A stretch of 64,000 nt of DNA from Desulfatiglandales bacterium (GCA_963666345.1 OY762721.1:1344001-1408000), one strand, 5' to 3'; counted from the first letter of the stretch, positions 28,307-39,378 are shown. The notes: a model not told the origin generated them from the sequence alone. Program-made: numbers and translations.

Positions 28307-29263
28307 ATGAAAAAAAGTGCCGGTCTGTTATGCCTCTTTTTCCTGCTGTTGGTAATTTCAGGAGGCTGCACCGCCGGGAGGCCTAAAATGCCCCCTGTTG
28401 CCACCCTTGAAGGGTCTGATGCCCATTTTTTTGCCGGACAGATTATCGATACATCCACCGGCGGGAAAATTACCTTTGATGAGCTTATATCAAGGCTTTC
28501 GGAGAAAAGGCTTGTATTTATAGGTGAAACGCACAGCAACCCCGAGCACCACCTTATCCAGACGCAGCTGCTTCAGTCTCTTTTTTCAGCTCATAAGGGC
28601 CGCATCTGCGTTGCCATGGAATCCTTTGAAGGCGATCAGCAGGATGCCATAGACCGTTACCTTGAAGGAACCACTCACGAGGAAGAGTTTTTAAGGGAAT
28701 CCGACTGGTACCGTACATGGAGATTCGACTACAGCCTCTACAGGCCTCTGATCCTTGCGGTTAAGGAAAACCGGGGAGGGCTTTTTGCCGTAAACGCCCC
28801 GGCAAAGATAGTGAAAAAGGTCGCAAGAAAAGGTCTTGAAGGCCTGGAGCCACAGGAAAGAAAACGGCTTGCCTGGCACATCGACCTTAAGGATAAAGAT
28901 CATCGCGCATATCTGAAGTCTATATTCGGAAAACATGATCACAAGGGACTTGAAAACTTCGAGTATTTCTATCAGGCCCAGTGCGTATGGGAAGATACCA
29001 TGGCTGAAAACATCGCCCGGCTGCTTGTGAAAGGGTGCGAAAGGATCATAGTAATTACCGGAAACGGGCACATAATCAACAGGTTCGGAATCCCTTCAAG
29101 AACCGCGAAAAGATACCCGTCGGATTACGCCACGGTCATGCCCTTTCCCATCCGGGGAAAAGAGGCGTTAAAAGTCCAAATCGCCGATTTCATATGGCTT
29201 ACCGACGGCTGCTCCATCAGGAGATTTACCCATATGCTTCAGATGAAGGCGCCTCCGGATTAG
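28307..29263 (+). CDS. ChaN-like (haem uptake/TIKI) lipoprotein
   Basis: Lipobox SGGC, GETH, HH..Q, MES, G.GH. Confidence 0.8.
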   Translation: MKKSAGLLCLFFLLLVISGGCTAGRPKMPPVATLEGSDAHFFAGQIIDTSTGGKITFDELISRLSEKRLVFIGETHSNPEHHLIQTQLLQSLFSAHKGRICVAMESFEGDQQDAIDRYLEGTTHEEEFLRESDWYRTWRFDYSLYRPLILAVKENRGGLFAVNAPAKIVKKVARKGLEGLEPQERKRLAWHIDLKDKDHRAYLKSIFGKHDHKGLENFEYFYQAQCVWEDTMAENIARLLVKGCERIIVITGNGHIINRFGIPSRTAKRYPSDYATVMPFPIRGKEALKVQIADFIWLTDGCSIRRFTHMLQMKAPPD

Positions 29264-29372
29264 CCGGCCGTATTTTCCGACCTGGTTCAAAAGTGCCGGG
29301 TTTTCCATGAAGAACCGCATAATAAAAGACTTTGACATTTTTTTGTCTTGAATTCTCAAAAGGAAAAATCAG

Positions 29373-29909
29373 ATGGGCCACTTTCACGATCAGTTAAAGC
29401 TGAGCTTCTGCCCTGTGTGCGGCGGCAGTCTCAGGCATGAGCTATTAAAGGAAAACGAACCTGCCAGGCTTAATTGCCCTGATTGCGGGTTTATCTTTTA
29501 TCAGGACCCTAAGGTAGTGGCCTGTTCGGTCGTTGAAATGCCGGACGGGATTGTCCTGCTCAAAAGGGGGATCAATCCTCAGAAGGGCAAATGGGTCATG
29601 CCGGGAGGCTACGTGGAGCGGGGCGAAAAGGTGGAAAACGCGGCCCTGCGTGAAACAGAAGAGGAATGCGGCTTAAGATGCACAATAGACAGGCCGCTTG
29701 GCGTGTATTCCTACACTGGAAGCATTCCTGTCGTTATAGTATATGTGGCACTCCCTGTTTCAGGGGAGCTTTCGGCCTGCGACGAAACCCTTGAAGCGGC
29801 CGTCTTCAGCCTGGAAAACATACCATGGGCTGATCTTGCCTTTAAGAGCACTGAAGAGGCCCTAAGGGATTATCTCAGGACCGGAAAAACCGGAAAGATG
29901 GAGGATTAG
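29373..29909 (+). CDS. NUDIX hydrolase with N-terminal zinc ribbon
   Basis: CPVCG...CPDC; PGG...GE....AALRETEEE.G. Confidence 0.92.
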   Translation: MGHFHDQLKLSFCPVCGGSLRHELLKENEPARLNCPDCGFIFYQDPKVVACSVVEMPDGIVLLKRGINPQKGKWVMPGGYVERGEKVENAALRETEEECGLRCTIDRPLGVYSYTGSIPVVIVYVALPVSGELSACDETLEAAVFSLENIPWADLAFKSTEEALRDYLRTGKTGKMED

Positions 29910-29915
29910 AAAAAG

Positions 29916-31214
29916 ATGAAGATTATACCTGAAAGGATAGACCGGCTGGGCCCTGAAAGAAGGGCCTCGATCATGAGAAGATCCATGGAAGAGCTTACAT
30001 CTATCTATGAAGATATGAAAGGGATCGTGGAGGATGTAAGAAAAAGGGGAGATGCCGCGCTCCTTGATTCCTGTCTTGAGTACAAGGACAAGGTGGAACC
30101 GGATGAGATGGTGGTAACGGATGAGGAGATCATAAGGGCCTACGACCGGGTGGATACCGAAGTGGTCGACGCCCTCAAAAAGGCCGCAGACAATATAAGG
30201 CGTTTTCATGAGGCACAGCTTGAAAGGGACATGTGGAGCATGGAGCTCTGCCCGGGCGTTCTCGCAGGGAGGATAACCAGGCCCCTTGACCGAGTCGGCT
30301 GCTACATACCGGGGGGAAGGGCCGTCTATCCGAGCACCATATTGATGACCATTCTGCCCGCGATTGCGGCAGGGGTAAAAGAGATATTCGCCACGACCCC
30401 GCCGAGAAAGGGGATGATCGTTCCCCCGGCCACACTCGTTGCGGCCGACATCGCGGGATGTCACAGGCTTTACAAGGTTGGAGGCCCCTGGGGTATCGCG
30501 GCCCTTGCCTATGGAACTGATACCGTACAAAAGGTTGACAAGATAGTTGGCCCGGGAAACAAATATGTGACCGCGGCTAAGATGATCGTTTACGGTGAAG
30601 TGGATATAGACTCACCGGCAGGCCCGAGTGAGTCTCTCATACTCTGTGATCAAACAGGAGATCCCAGGCTAATCGCGTTCGATTTTCTCTCCCAGACCGA
30701 GCACGATCCCGACTCGGCCGCGGTAATCGTGACCACGGATCAAAACATAGCTGAAAAGGTCTGCCGGATAATAGAGGAAGAATTTGACACCCTGCCCAGA
30801 AAGGAGATCATGGAATCTGCGGTAAGGGGACATTCCGCCGTTCTCATAGCGCAAGACCTGGATGAAGCGATCAGGTTCACGAATGAATACGCACCCGAGC
30901 ATCTGGAGATAATCACGGAGGACCCGTTTATCACCCTTAACAGGATAAGACACGCAGGGTCCATATTTATGGGCCGCTACGCGCCCGTGCCTGTGGGAGA
31001 TTACGCCTCCGGCACGAATCATGTGCTCCCCACCGGGCAATGCGCCAGGATGTTTTCCGGGCTTTCCGTGGATGACTTCCTGAAAAAACCGACTTTTCAA
31101 TATCTAAGCAGGGAAGGCCTCGATTCACTCAAGGACACGGTCGTAACCCTTGCAGAGGCCGAAGGTCTTCCCATGCATGCAAGGGCGGTTAAGGAAAGAT
31201 TCAGACAGGGATAA
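29916..31214 (+). CDS. hisD: Histidinol dehydrogenase
   Basis: YIPGG, GPGN.YV, AGPSE, SQ.EH, APEHL, GDY.SGTNHVLPT. Confidence 0.92.
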   Translation: MKIIPERIDRLGPERRASIMRRSMEELTSIYEDMKGIVEDVRKRGDAALLDSCLEYKDKVEPDEMVVTDEEIIRAYDRVDTEVVDALKKAADNIRRFHEAQLERDMWSMELCPGVLAGRITRPLDRVGCYIPGGRAVYPSTILMTILPAIAAGVKEIFATTPPRKGMIVPPATLVAADIAGCHRLYKVGGPWGIAALAYGTDTVQKVDKIVGPGNKYVTAAKMIVYGEVDIDSPAGPSESLILCDQTGDPRLIAFDFLSQTEHDPDSAAVIVTTDQNIAEKVCRIIEEEFDTLPRKEIMESAVRGHSAVLIAQDLDEAIRFTNEYAPEHLEIITEDPFITLNRIRHAGSIFMGRYAPVPVGDYASGTNHVLPTGQCARMFSGLSVDDFLKKPTFQYLSREGLDSLKDTVVTLAEAEGLPMHARAVKERFRQG

Positions 31215-31584
31215 TCCTTGATTCAGTGTCCGATAACTGCTAAACAGTGTTCATTCATAGATTAAGATTTATGGACTCATGCTATCAGCTCTCAGCCGTC
31301 AGACACCTGGAATATCAGCTTATCGGCTACCTGCCGATGGCTGACGCTTGCCCGCCGTGAATGTGGCGGGGCTGAAAGCTGCATCCGGAAATGATCCCCG
31401 GATCGGCACTAATTGATGCACAGCAACAGCTTCAGGATTTCAGCAGCCGTTTCAAGCACTCGCGCTTAATCAAATCAGATCAGTGAGTAAAGGATTTTTC
31501 TTCCGGTAGCATCGCCTAACCCGTTTTTATTCTTTATCATCCAGAACCGGCCCCGGCCGGTCAGATTCAAAAGGGAGGTGAAAA

Positions 31585-32022
31585 ATGGCCGACATCAAAG
31601 GTTACAACATGCCTGACGAACTCTATTACAACAAGGATCACAGCTGGGCCAGGGTCGATGGGACAACCGTAACGGTGGGTATGGATGATTTCTTTCAAAA
31701 AGAGGCTGGAGACATTGTGTTCGTGGATCTTCCCGAGGAGGAAGAGGAAGTGGAGCAGGGAGAGGTGTGCGGCAAGATCCAGTCAAGGAAATGGATCGGG
31801 AAGCTGGTTTCCCCTGTCTCGGGAGAAATCACGGAGATAAACGAGGAGATCGAAGAGGACACAAGCTTTATCAATTCAGACCCTTACGGGGCAGGCTGGA
31901 TACTCATGATAGAGGCTGAAAATCTGGATGAAGAGCTCAAAAATCTCATGCAGGGGGATGCCCTTGTCGAGTTCATCGAATCGGAAATAAAGGTCGCTGA
32001 AGAGGAAAAGGCCAAGGAGTAA
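31585..32022 (+). CDS. gcvH: GcvH-like lipoyl carrier protein
   Basis: H.W, GDIVFVDLP, QSRKW (lipoyl Lys), SPVSG, N.DPYG.GW. Confidence 0.88.
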   Translation: MADIKGYNMPDELYYNKDHSWARVDGTTVTVGMDDFFQKEAGDIVFVDLPEEEEEVEQGEVCGKIQSRKWIGKLVSPVSGEITEINEEIEEDTSFINSDPYGAGWILMIEAENLDEELKNLMQGDALVEFIESEIKVAEEEKAKE

Positions 32023-32034
32023 GCGGATATCCCT

Positions 32035-33102
32035 ATGCCCGAGCCCTGGCGACTGTTCATAGACCTTGAAAACAACCTCTCCACGGCGCAGGGGCTTGCC
32101 GTCGACGACACCCTTCCAAGGTCCGTCGCGCAAAACGGCTCCCCTCCCGTTCTTCATCTCTACACCTTTGCGCCCTCCGCCATCGTGGGTAAATACCAGG
32201 ACATGGACGCGGCCCTGAGACTCGACCGGTGCAAGGCGCGCGGGATCGAGTACAACAGGAGAAGCACGGGCGGCGGCACGGTCATCATGGGTCCTGAAGT
32301 GGTCGCGCTCGGTCTCGGAATAAACGTTGACTATCCGGGACTGAAAAAAGGCGTGGGCGGGGTCTTTAAATCTCTATCCCTTGTGCTCAAGGGGGCGCTT
32401 CAAAGACTCGGAATATCCTCCATTTTCCGGCCGAAAAACGACCTGGAGGTAAACGGAAAAAAGATCGCGGGCCTTTCCGCCTCCCATGAGACTGACAAGG
32501 CGCTCCTATTTCATACCAGCCTGCTTGTGGATTTTGACATAGGGCTCATGACCGACATAATGAAGACCCCTCTTATAAAGGTGCGGGACAAGGGTTATAA
32601 CTGCTTCAGTCAGAGGATGACCACGGTCAGGCAGGAGACGGGGAAAAAGATTTCACCCGCGCTGGTCATGGATGCCATAAGGGACGCCTTTGAAGAGGAA
32701 TTCCGCATAAAATTCAGGGAAGACACGCCTGACGGCTGGGAAAAAGCCTCCATCAGGGAGCTGATTGATAACAGGTACACAAAAAAGGAGTGGATATTTT
32801 CTCACAAACACCCCAGGTCGCGCATGGGCGTAGGACAGCTCAAGACAAGGGGGGGGCTTCTTGAGGTCTATCTGGCCCTTTCAGGCGCATCAATAGAAAG
32901 CGTGGTCATAACGGGTGATTTCTTCTCCACCTCAAAGGATATAAACAGGCTTGAAAATGCCCTCAAATGGTCCTCTTCAAGGAGGCAGAGCATAGAGCAA
33001 AAGCTTTCTTCCGTGTGGAGGCAGGACATGATCTACGGCATGGACGTGGGTTCGCTCACAGACGCGATTATGCTGGCAAAGGAGAACCAGGTGAGATTGT
33101 AA
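32035..33102 (+). CDS. lplA: Lipoate-protein ligase family protein
   Basis: RRSTGGGTV, NDL...GKKIAG, C-terminal ITGDFF domain. Confidence 0.88.
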   Translation: MPEPWRLFIDLENNLSTAQGLAVDDTLPRSVAQNGSPPVLHLYTFAPSAIVGKYQDMDAALRLDRCKARGIEYNRRSTGGGTVIMGPEVVALGLGINVDYPGLKKGVGGVFKSLSLVLKGALQRLGISSIFRPKNDLEVNGKKIAGLSASHETDKALLFHTSLLVDFDIGLMTDIMKTPLIKVRDKGYNCFSQRMTTVRQETGKKISPALVMDAIRDAFEEEFRIKFREDTPDGWEKASIRELIDNRYTKKEWIFSHKHPRSRMGVGQLKTRGGLLEVYLALSGASIESVVITGDFFSTSKDINRLENALKWSSSRRQSIEQKLSSVWRQDMIYGMDVGSLTDAIMLAKENQVRL

Positions 33103-33141
33103 AAAAAGCTGTCAGTCGTCAGCTGATCGCTGACAGCTTTT
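33103..33141. terminator. Palindromic hairpin built from GCTGAC/TA-type repeats
   Basis: AAAAGCTGTCAG...CTGACAGCTTTT. Confidence 0.55.
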
Positions 33142-33201
33142 AATCACTTCCCCTGAATTGAGATACTTTCCCGGCCTTAACTATTATTAAAAAGGTTTTG
33201 C

Positions 33202-34242
33202 ATGTCTGAGAAACTTGAATCCCCTGACTATGTCAAAATGAGCACGGCCTCGGCCATCTCTCTCGGTCTTACAAGGGGAAGGATGCACAAAGGGGCCGTG
33301 AACCGCTGCGTCAACCTTCTGGTCCACTACCCTGAAGGATGTTCCGCCAACTGCGCCTACTGCGGTCTTGCAAAAAAAAGGCCCGGCACATACAGGGAAA
33401 AAAGCTTCATCCATGTCGACTGGCCCGTCTTTTCAATGGATGAGACGATTTCGGCCATAAACGACGCGCCCTCCTATGTGACAAGGACATGCATCTCCAT
33501 GATCACAAACGGCAAGTGCCGGGCCGCCACTCTCGATATGACGGGGAGACTCAGCTCCAAGACCCGTATCCCCATCTCCATCCTCATAAGCCCTACCATA
33601 CTCACAAAAAACGACCTCCTGGCCATGAAGGAGGCAGGGGCTGACAAGATAGGCCTTGCCATAGATCTTGCCACGCCTGAACTCTTTGACAGATACAGGG
33701 GAAGCGGGGTCTCCGGACCTCACAAATGGGAAAAGTACTGGGAGATAATGAAAGACGGCCTTGAGGTCTTCTCCCCCCGCAATGTTGGCGCGCACCTTAT
33801 GGTAGGAATGGGGGAAACCGAAAAGGAGATGGTCTCGCTCATGGACAGGTTCCGTAAAATGGGTGTGGAAAACCATCTGTTTTCCTTTTTTGCTGAGGAA
33901 GGCTCACGACTTGCCGAAAGGCCCCAGCCGCCCTGGTCAACGTATCTCAGGGTCCAGCTTGCTCGTTATATCATAGAGGAGGATATCAGCGGTTTTGAGC
34001 AGATGGACTTTGATGAGGCGGGAAGGATAAGCTCTTTCGGTATCGATCCGGGCAGGCTTAACGGCATAATCAACCTGGGCAAACCTTTCATGACAACCGG
34101 TTGTCTCGGCCCCGACGGGGAGGTGGCCTGTAACCGCCCCTTCGGAAACTGCCTTCCCGGTGTCAGGCAGTGGAACTACCCCTACCTGCCGGACGAGGAA
34201 GAACTTGCCCTCATAGGAGAACAGATTTTTAAGACTTCATGA
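33202..34242 (+). CDS. Radical SAM protein, LipS2-like (non-canonical lipoyl synthase component)
   Basis: CSANCAYC; C-terminal TTGC...CNRP; adjacent to gcvH-lplA. Confidence 0.8.
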   Translation: MSEKLESPDYVKMSTASAISLGLTRGRMHKGAVNRCVNLLVHYPEGCSANCAYCGLAKKRPGTYREKSFIHVDWPVFSMDETISAINDAPSYVTRTCISMITNGKCRAATLDMTGRLSSKTRIPISILISPTILTKNDLLAMKEAGADKIGLAIDLATPELFDRYRGSGVSGPHKWEKYWEIMKDGLEVFSPRNVGAHLMVGMGETEKEMVSLMDRFRKMGVENHLFSFFAEEGSRLAERPQPPWSTYLRVQLARYIIEEDISGFEQMDFDEAGRISSFGIDPGRLNGIINLGKPFMTTGCLGPDGEVACNRPFGNCLPGVRQWNYPYLPDEEELALIGEQIFKTS

Positions 34243-34342
34243 TTTTTCTGTCTCCGTGGCCTCTGTGTACTCTGCGAGAAAATAACGAAAAAATATTTTG
34301 ACATTGAAAAATGCCGATGATAGATATATCTTTTTGCTGACA

Positions 34343-34419
34343 GGGCCGTTAGCTCAGTCCGGTAGAGCAGCGGACTTTTAATCCGTTGGCCACAGGTTCG
34401 ATCCCTGTACGGCCCACCA
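34343..34419 (+). tRNA. tRNA-Lys(TTT)
   Basis: Cloverleaf GGGCCGT...ACGGCCC-ACCA, anticodon loop CT-TTT-AA, GGTTCGA. Confidence 0.97.
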
Positions 34420-34605
34420 ATAGTGAAAAACACATATCCTTCCTGTAAAAGTCCGCAGGAGGTGCTTTTTTGGCAAAGCATCAGGATATGGACCTCTATT
34501 GTCCGGCCGGTTTCAAGACAGCACCGGGATCAAAAGGGCATTTGAGTTTTAAAACACGAAAAGGACCATCTCTGGGTTTTATACCCGACGGTGACCATAA
34601 GCTCC

Positions 34606-34683
34606 GTCCCCATCGTCTAGCCAGGTCCAGGACACCGGCCTTTCACGCCGGCAACACCGGTTCGAATCCGGTTGGGGACGCCA
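34606..34683 (+). tRNA. tRNA-Glu(TTC)
   Basis: GTCCCCA...TGGGGAC-GCCA, anticodon loop CT-TTC-AC, GGTTCGAATCC. Confidence 0.97.
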
Positions 34684-34692
34684 AGTAATTTC

Positions 34693-34724
34693 AAGGGGTT
34701 GCGAGATATTTTGCAACCCCTTTT
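34693..34724 (+). terminator. Terminator after tRNA-Glu
   Basis: AAGGGGTTGC...GCAACCCCTTTT. Confidence 0.8.
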
Positions 34725-34795
34725 ATTTTGTTTAAAAAATTTCCAACCCTATTTCCAACCTTAATAGATACAATATAATGCCACAATAGCAGAAG

Positions 34796-35695
34796 TTATA
34801 TTAAAAAACCAGAACGATAATAATCAATTAAACCCTTTTCAAATGAATATTCGGAAACGAAACCGATTTTTTCTTTTGCGAGATTCATGTCGCATTCCGT
34901 ATAACTTTGATATGCTCCCTTAAAGGGATTATCTATGTATTCAGGTTCTCTACTCAGGCCAAGAATAGGGTTTAATAGTTCAACAATTTTGTTAAAGGAA
35001 ATTGCTTTACCTGACCCGCAATTTACGACACAACTCTCTTTTGCTTCCGATGCTAGCATATTGGCTTTTACGACATCCTTGACATAGATGTAGTCTCTTC
35101 TTTGATCTCCAAATTTGAAAAGTTTTGGATTCCCTTTTAGCATTTGTTGCGCAAACTGATACACCATTGTGGCTCTTGTTCCTTTATGATTTTCTCGTGG
35201 TCCAAATATATTACAATACCGAAGTCCAACAATAGTGACATCCGAATGTTCAGATGCAAGCTTCATAGAGTAGTCATCCAGCAGTTTTTTTGATTCCGCA
35301 TATGGAGTTTGTGGGTCAAGTTGGTCACTTTCGTGATATGGAGCAGGATTATTGCCATATACAGCTGTTGATGAAGCGTAAACAATTTTTTTGCATCCAT
35401 GCTCTATGACATATTTGAATAGTTCTATTGACGATTCGAGATTAGCTCTCATGATCTCTTTTTCATCCTTTACTCTTGTTCCATTAATTGCAGCTTGATG
35501 AAAAAGAACATCGATTTTTTCAATTGCTTCCCAATCAATCCCGAGAATCCCTGGGTATAAGCACTTTCCATTGAATTCAGGCATGACTTGTTCAGATTCA
35601 TGTCCTGTAATAATTATTTCGTTTCCTTGTTCTTGAAGTGTTAAAGCCAAATTGGAACCTACAAGTCCAGTCCCTCCTGTTACTAAACATCTCAT
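34796..35695 (-). CDS. NAD-dependent epimerase/dehydratase (HldD/RfaD-like)
   Basis: TGGTGLVG, YASS.AVYG, YAESK, RY.N.FGPRE.HKG; AT-rich. Confidence 0.88.
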   Translation of the reverse strand: MRCLVTGGTGLVGSNLALTLQEQGNEIIITGHESEQVMPEFNGKCLYPGILGIDWEAIEKIDVLFHQAAINGTRVKDEKEIMRANLESSIELFKYVIEHGCKKIVYASSTAVYGNNPAPYHESDQLDPQTPYAESKKLLDDYSMKLASEHSDVTIVGLRYCNIFGPRENHKGTRATMVYQFAQQMLKGNPKLFKFGDQRRDYIYVKDVVKANMLASEAKESCVVNCGSGKAISFNKIVELLNPILGLSREPEYIDNPFKGAYQSYTECDMNLAKEKIGFVSEYSFEKGLIDYYRSGFLI

Positions 35696-35744
35696 AAGCT
35701 TTACCTGTTTATTTCCTAATATTGTGATTCTTGAATTCAAAAGA

Positions 35745-35930
35745 TAAGTGCAACAGTTAACGTCATGCAGCTTGATTCATGACTGTCTGGGAAAATACCT
35801 CAATCGGAGTTTTATATCCAAGAGTTTTTCGCGGCCTATTATTAAGCCGACCCATAGCCATCTGAACATGCTGTTTCTGGATATTTTCGAAACTCATCCC
35901 TTTAGGGAAGTATTGACGAATCAAGCCAGC
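35745..35930 (-). pseudogene. IS30-family transposase C-terminal remnant
   Basis: GLIRQYFPKG...LNNRPRKTLGYKTP; no N-terminal part. Confidence 0.85.
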
Positions 35931-36325
35931 TAAGTGGGACCATAAGGGCACAGGTGTATCCTGGGATGCCATTCATTGGTTGCCCCGAGCACACTACGCC
36001 TCAGATAGCTTCCGGCTGAACCCTGAGAACCTGCCGGAGATTTTTTTAACCGCTAGACGCGCACACTACCAGTTCCATCAAAATCAATCGCGGATTTTGG
36101 GACCAGCTTTCTTCCTCTACTTTTTTAACCAAGTCCTCATATAATCAATGTGTTACCGGCAAAAAGTCCCACTTTTGCACATTTTTCTGTGCGTGAATGC
36201 ACATTTAATTGGGCAATTTTTGCCGTAATCGCATCTCTTTAATCCTTTCTATGTTTACAACTTATTGAATTTACTGAAATGTCTTCAAGTGGCACATTTC
36301 TTGAGTATTACCTCTTATAAAGGGG

Positions 36326-36538
36326 GTGATGAAAATGGCAGGGTTGTCTCGTGAGCAGCTGCTTTCGGCTCGCGAAAGGGCGATGGAGTATAACAGGGGC
36401 CTCGAGATGGGGCTTTGGGCGTTTAAGGAAAGTCGGAATCTCTGTCCCGAAGCGGTCAATTTCATAATCAAGGCGATAGAACAGGAGATAAATGATAATG
36501 AGATAAAGTTTACCTTTATGTCTTTAATGGCAAAATGA
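36326..36538 (+). CDS. Small hypothetical protein
   Basis: 70-aa ORF with a G-rich RBS. Confidence 0.4.
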   Translation: MMKMAGLSREQLLSARERAMEYNRGLEMGLWAFKESRNLCPEAVNFIIKAIEQEINDNEIKFTFMSLMAK

Positions 36539-36965
36539 AAGAAAAGGTTGCTTATATTTTATATACCATATCCTGGATACAAGCTATCCTGTCGTTCTCT
36601 ATTTGGCCCTTTGGGAGTTTGTAACGAATAAATGGTGAAGCCAAAATAGAAACAATGCCACTATGATTAGTTTGTTTAATATTTACCATTTTCAAGATGA
36701 CAATTTGACAAAAATAGCAATTTCTATGATTATAACAAGTAATAACCTATGAATAATTTAATACACATAGGTTTAGAATGGCTTTATTATTTTCTTTGAT
36801 GGATTGTCCGGCTCCCCGGTTAATTCCTCTTTTAGGTGATTATTCCCTATCTTTACAAGTTTCTGATCGGGTATCTCCCTTATAATAAAGCAGTTAAATG
36901 ATGCGACCCTTTCCAGGTCGGCATGGCTTATATTCTTTACAGCCTCCACAAAGGAGAAAAAAGGC

Positions 36966-38630
36966 TTGAAAACTGCACTGAGTTTTGAATGGATCGAGCG
37001 ACATTACAATTCGATAAAGTCTTCAGCTATTTTGATGATTATACTTTCCATCCCAGCCGTTTACGGACTCGTCTATCTGACGGGTGGGGCAAATGCATAT
37101 TCACATTCCATGTATGCGCCGATCCTTTTTGCCGGTTTTGTTTTTGGGATAAAAGGAGGTGTTATAGTCGGAGTGATTGCGGGCGTTACGCTTGGTCCTT
37201 TCATGCCGATTGACACCGTAACAATGGAGCCTCAGCAGGCCGTAAACTGGATTTACCGAAGCGGATTTTTTGTTATCATCGGATTTTTGAGCGGTGCGGC
37301 AAGCGACAGTACCAGGCGGTATATGAAACACGTCAAATGGCTCACCCAGCACGATGCGGTTTCAGGGCTTTCAAACAGATCAGCCCTGATAGACAGTCTG
37401 AAAACGCTGAAGCATGGTAGGCACACCAAAGGAGCAGGGACGCTTGCCGTTATATCTATAGAAAACGTGCTCGAGCTGGAAACCGCCTTTGGTCCCGATG
37501 TCACAGGTGAGGCAGTCATGCAGCTGGCTACAGGCATTGGTGGGCTTCTGGGTGATAAAGCAGAGGTATACCGCATCAGCACCTATCATATTGCTGTCCT
37601 GTTTTTTGTTAAAGAGCAGGGGATAGAGAGTCTGCACACGTTACTTGAAGAAGAATTCCGGAGGCCCGTCTCATTTAAGGGCATACCATTACATGCTGAC
37701 ATTAGAGTCGGGTATGCCGACGTATCCAAACCCAGGCAGGAGCCAGGGCAATATCTGCGGGAGGCTGAAACCGCATTAAGGGCTGCTTCTGAAAGAACGC
37801 ACCCCTGGGTGGTCTTCGGCCCTGAACTCGATAGTACTTCTGCCAGAGAAAACCTGGAACTGCTCGGTGAGTTAATGGAAGCTGTGAACAGAAAGCAATT
37901 AGCCCTCCATTATCAACCCAAAGTCTCACTAAGCTCCGGAGCAGTACTTGGCGTGGAGGCACTCATGCGGTGGACACATCCAAAACTTGGTAATGTGCCT
38001 CCCGGAAAGTTCATACCTCGCGCTGAACAGAGCACCCTTATAGACATGTTAACCGAATGGGCCATTGATACCGCACTGGCCCAGCTGGTAGAGTGGAAGA
38101 AATCGGGTATTGTGCTTTCAGTAGCTGTAAACATCTCCACACGGAACTTATTGCAGCCCGATTTTGCCGTAAAGGTCCTGAAGCTGCTGGATCGCCATAA
38201 GGTTAAAGGTGCTTCACTTGAGCTTGAGGTCACGGAATGGGCATTGATGAAGGACCTAAGATATGCATCCGCCAATATGGCTCAATTGACCAATGCAGGT
38301 ATTTTTTTCTCTATCGATGATTTCGGCACGGGATACGCTTCACTTCAATACCTTAAGGATTTTCCCGCCTCTTCCATCAAGATCGACCAGGTATTTATAC
38401 GCAGGATCTGCGAAAGGAAACGCCCGGAGCTTATTGTTGCGTCTTCAGTTGACCTGGCCCACGGGCTTGAAATGGAAGCTGTCGCAGAAGGTGTCGAAGA
38501 CATTGCCTCATATAAGCTGCTTTGCGGTTTAGGATGCGATATCGCACAGGGCTATTTTATAAGCAGGCCTGCTCCGGCGCCGGAGTTTGCTGAATGGTAT
38601 AAGAAATCTGGTGGGATGTTTAAAGCATAA
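36966..38630 (+). CDS. Membrane-anchored degenerate-GGDEF / EAL phosphodiesterase
   Basis: N-terminal TMs; YQPK, EALMRW, DDFGTGY, KID, AEGVE, QGY; no intact GGDEF motif. Confidence 0.92.
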   Translation: MKTALSFEWIERHYNSIKSSAILMIILSIPAVYGLVYLTGGANAYSHSMYAPILFAGFVFGIKGGVIVGVIAGVTLGPFMPIDTVTMEPQQAVNWIYRSGFFVIIGFLSGAASDSTRRYMKHVKWLTQHDAVSGLSNRSALIDSLKTLKHGRHTKGAGTLAVISIENVLELETAFGPDVTGEAVMQLATGIGGLLGDKAEVYRISTYHIAVLFFVKEQGIESLHTLLEEEFRRPVSFKGIPLHADIRVGYADVSKPRQEPGQYLREAETALRAASERTHPWVVFGPELDSTSARENLELLGELMEAVNRKQLALHYQPKVSLSSGAVLGVEALMRWTHPKLGNVPPGKFIPRAEQSTLIDMLTEWAIDTALAQLVEWKKSGIVLSVAVNISTRNLLQPDFAVKVLKLLDRHKVKGASLELEVTEWALMKDLRYASANMAQLTNAGIFFSIDDFGTGYASLQYLKDFPASSIKIDQVFIRRICERKRPELIVASSVDLAHGLEMEAVAEGVEDIASYKLLCGLGCDIAQGYFISRPAPAPEFAEWYKKSGGMFKA

Positions 38631-38949
38631 GTCAACAGCTGATCCACAGCAACCTGATGAAATCTCAAAAAACGATTTGACTCTAAAATATTGGATGTTC
38701 CCCAAGTATTTTTAATCATCAGGATTTTTGATGTTAAACTTAAGCGCTTTTGAGTCTGCGGCACACCCTGCTCCCAAAGACGACTCTATGGCGAAATGGT
38801 TATATAACCTATTGATATTATTAATTATAATTTCTAAGACATGACGTATTTTACCGTGTCATAACGCCAAAACGTTGACAAATGTTAGACAAAACGACTT
38901 CGATACCTTCTTTGTATTTAATTTTCTTCATTTTACCTAACAGACTGTT

Positions 38950-39300
38950 TTGCTGATCATCACAAAGCAGTCAAAAGCCTTTTATCCGATCGTCCATTTC
39001 CCATCTACCATGACAATCAGATGGAAAGCCGGGCCTGCCATTTCCTACCCATACAATATCACCATGCAAAGCTACATGCCCAATGGCGTGAGGATTGTTC
39101 AAACAATTTTGCCCAATTGTTTCTTCCGCCTTACAGCCTGGAACTGAATCCGATCGAACGTGTTTGGAAACTGACCAGACGATTGGCAACCCATAACCGT
39201 TATTTTGAAAAATCGACCAAGTGGCTGAATCTGTAGAAACCCAGTTCAATTTATGGAATAAACCAAATAAAATATTGAAGCGTTTATGCACAATTATTTA
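38950..39300 (+). pseudogene. IS630-family transposase remnant (frameshifted)
   Basis: YHHA...FLPPYS.ELNPIERVWK...THNRYF. Confidence 0.8.
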
Positions 39301-39378
39301 AGGCATTAATTCCCTATTATATGGGTCGAGCGTATTTTACGAACAAAATATTGTCAAGGAGATGCGTCTAAATTACCA

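Noticed and set aside
38830..38900. Possible resolvase res-like site
   Set aside because: Only weak palindromes and no recombinase gene nearby.
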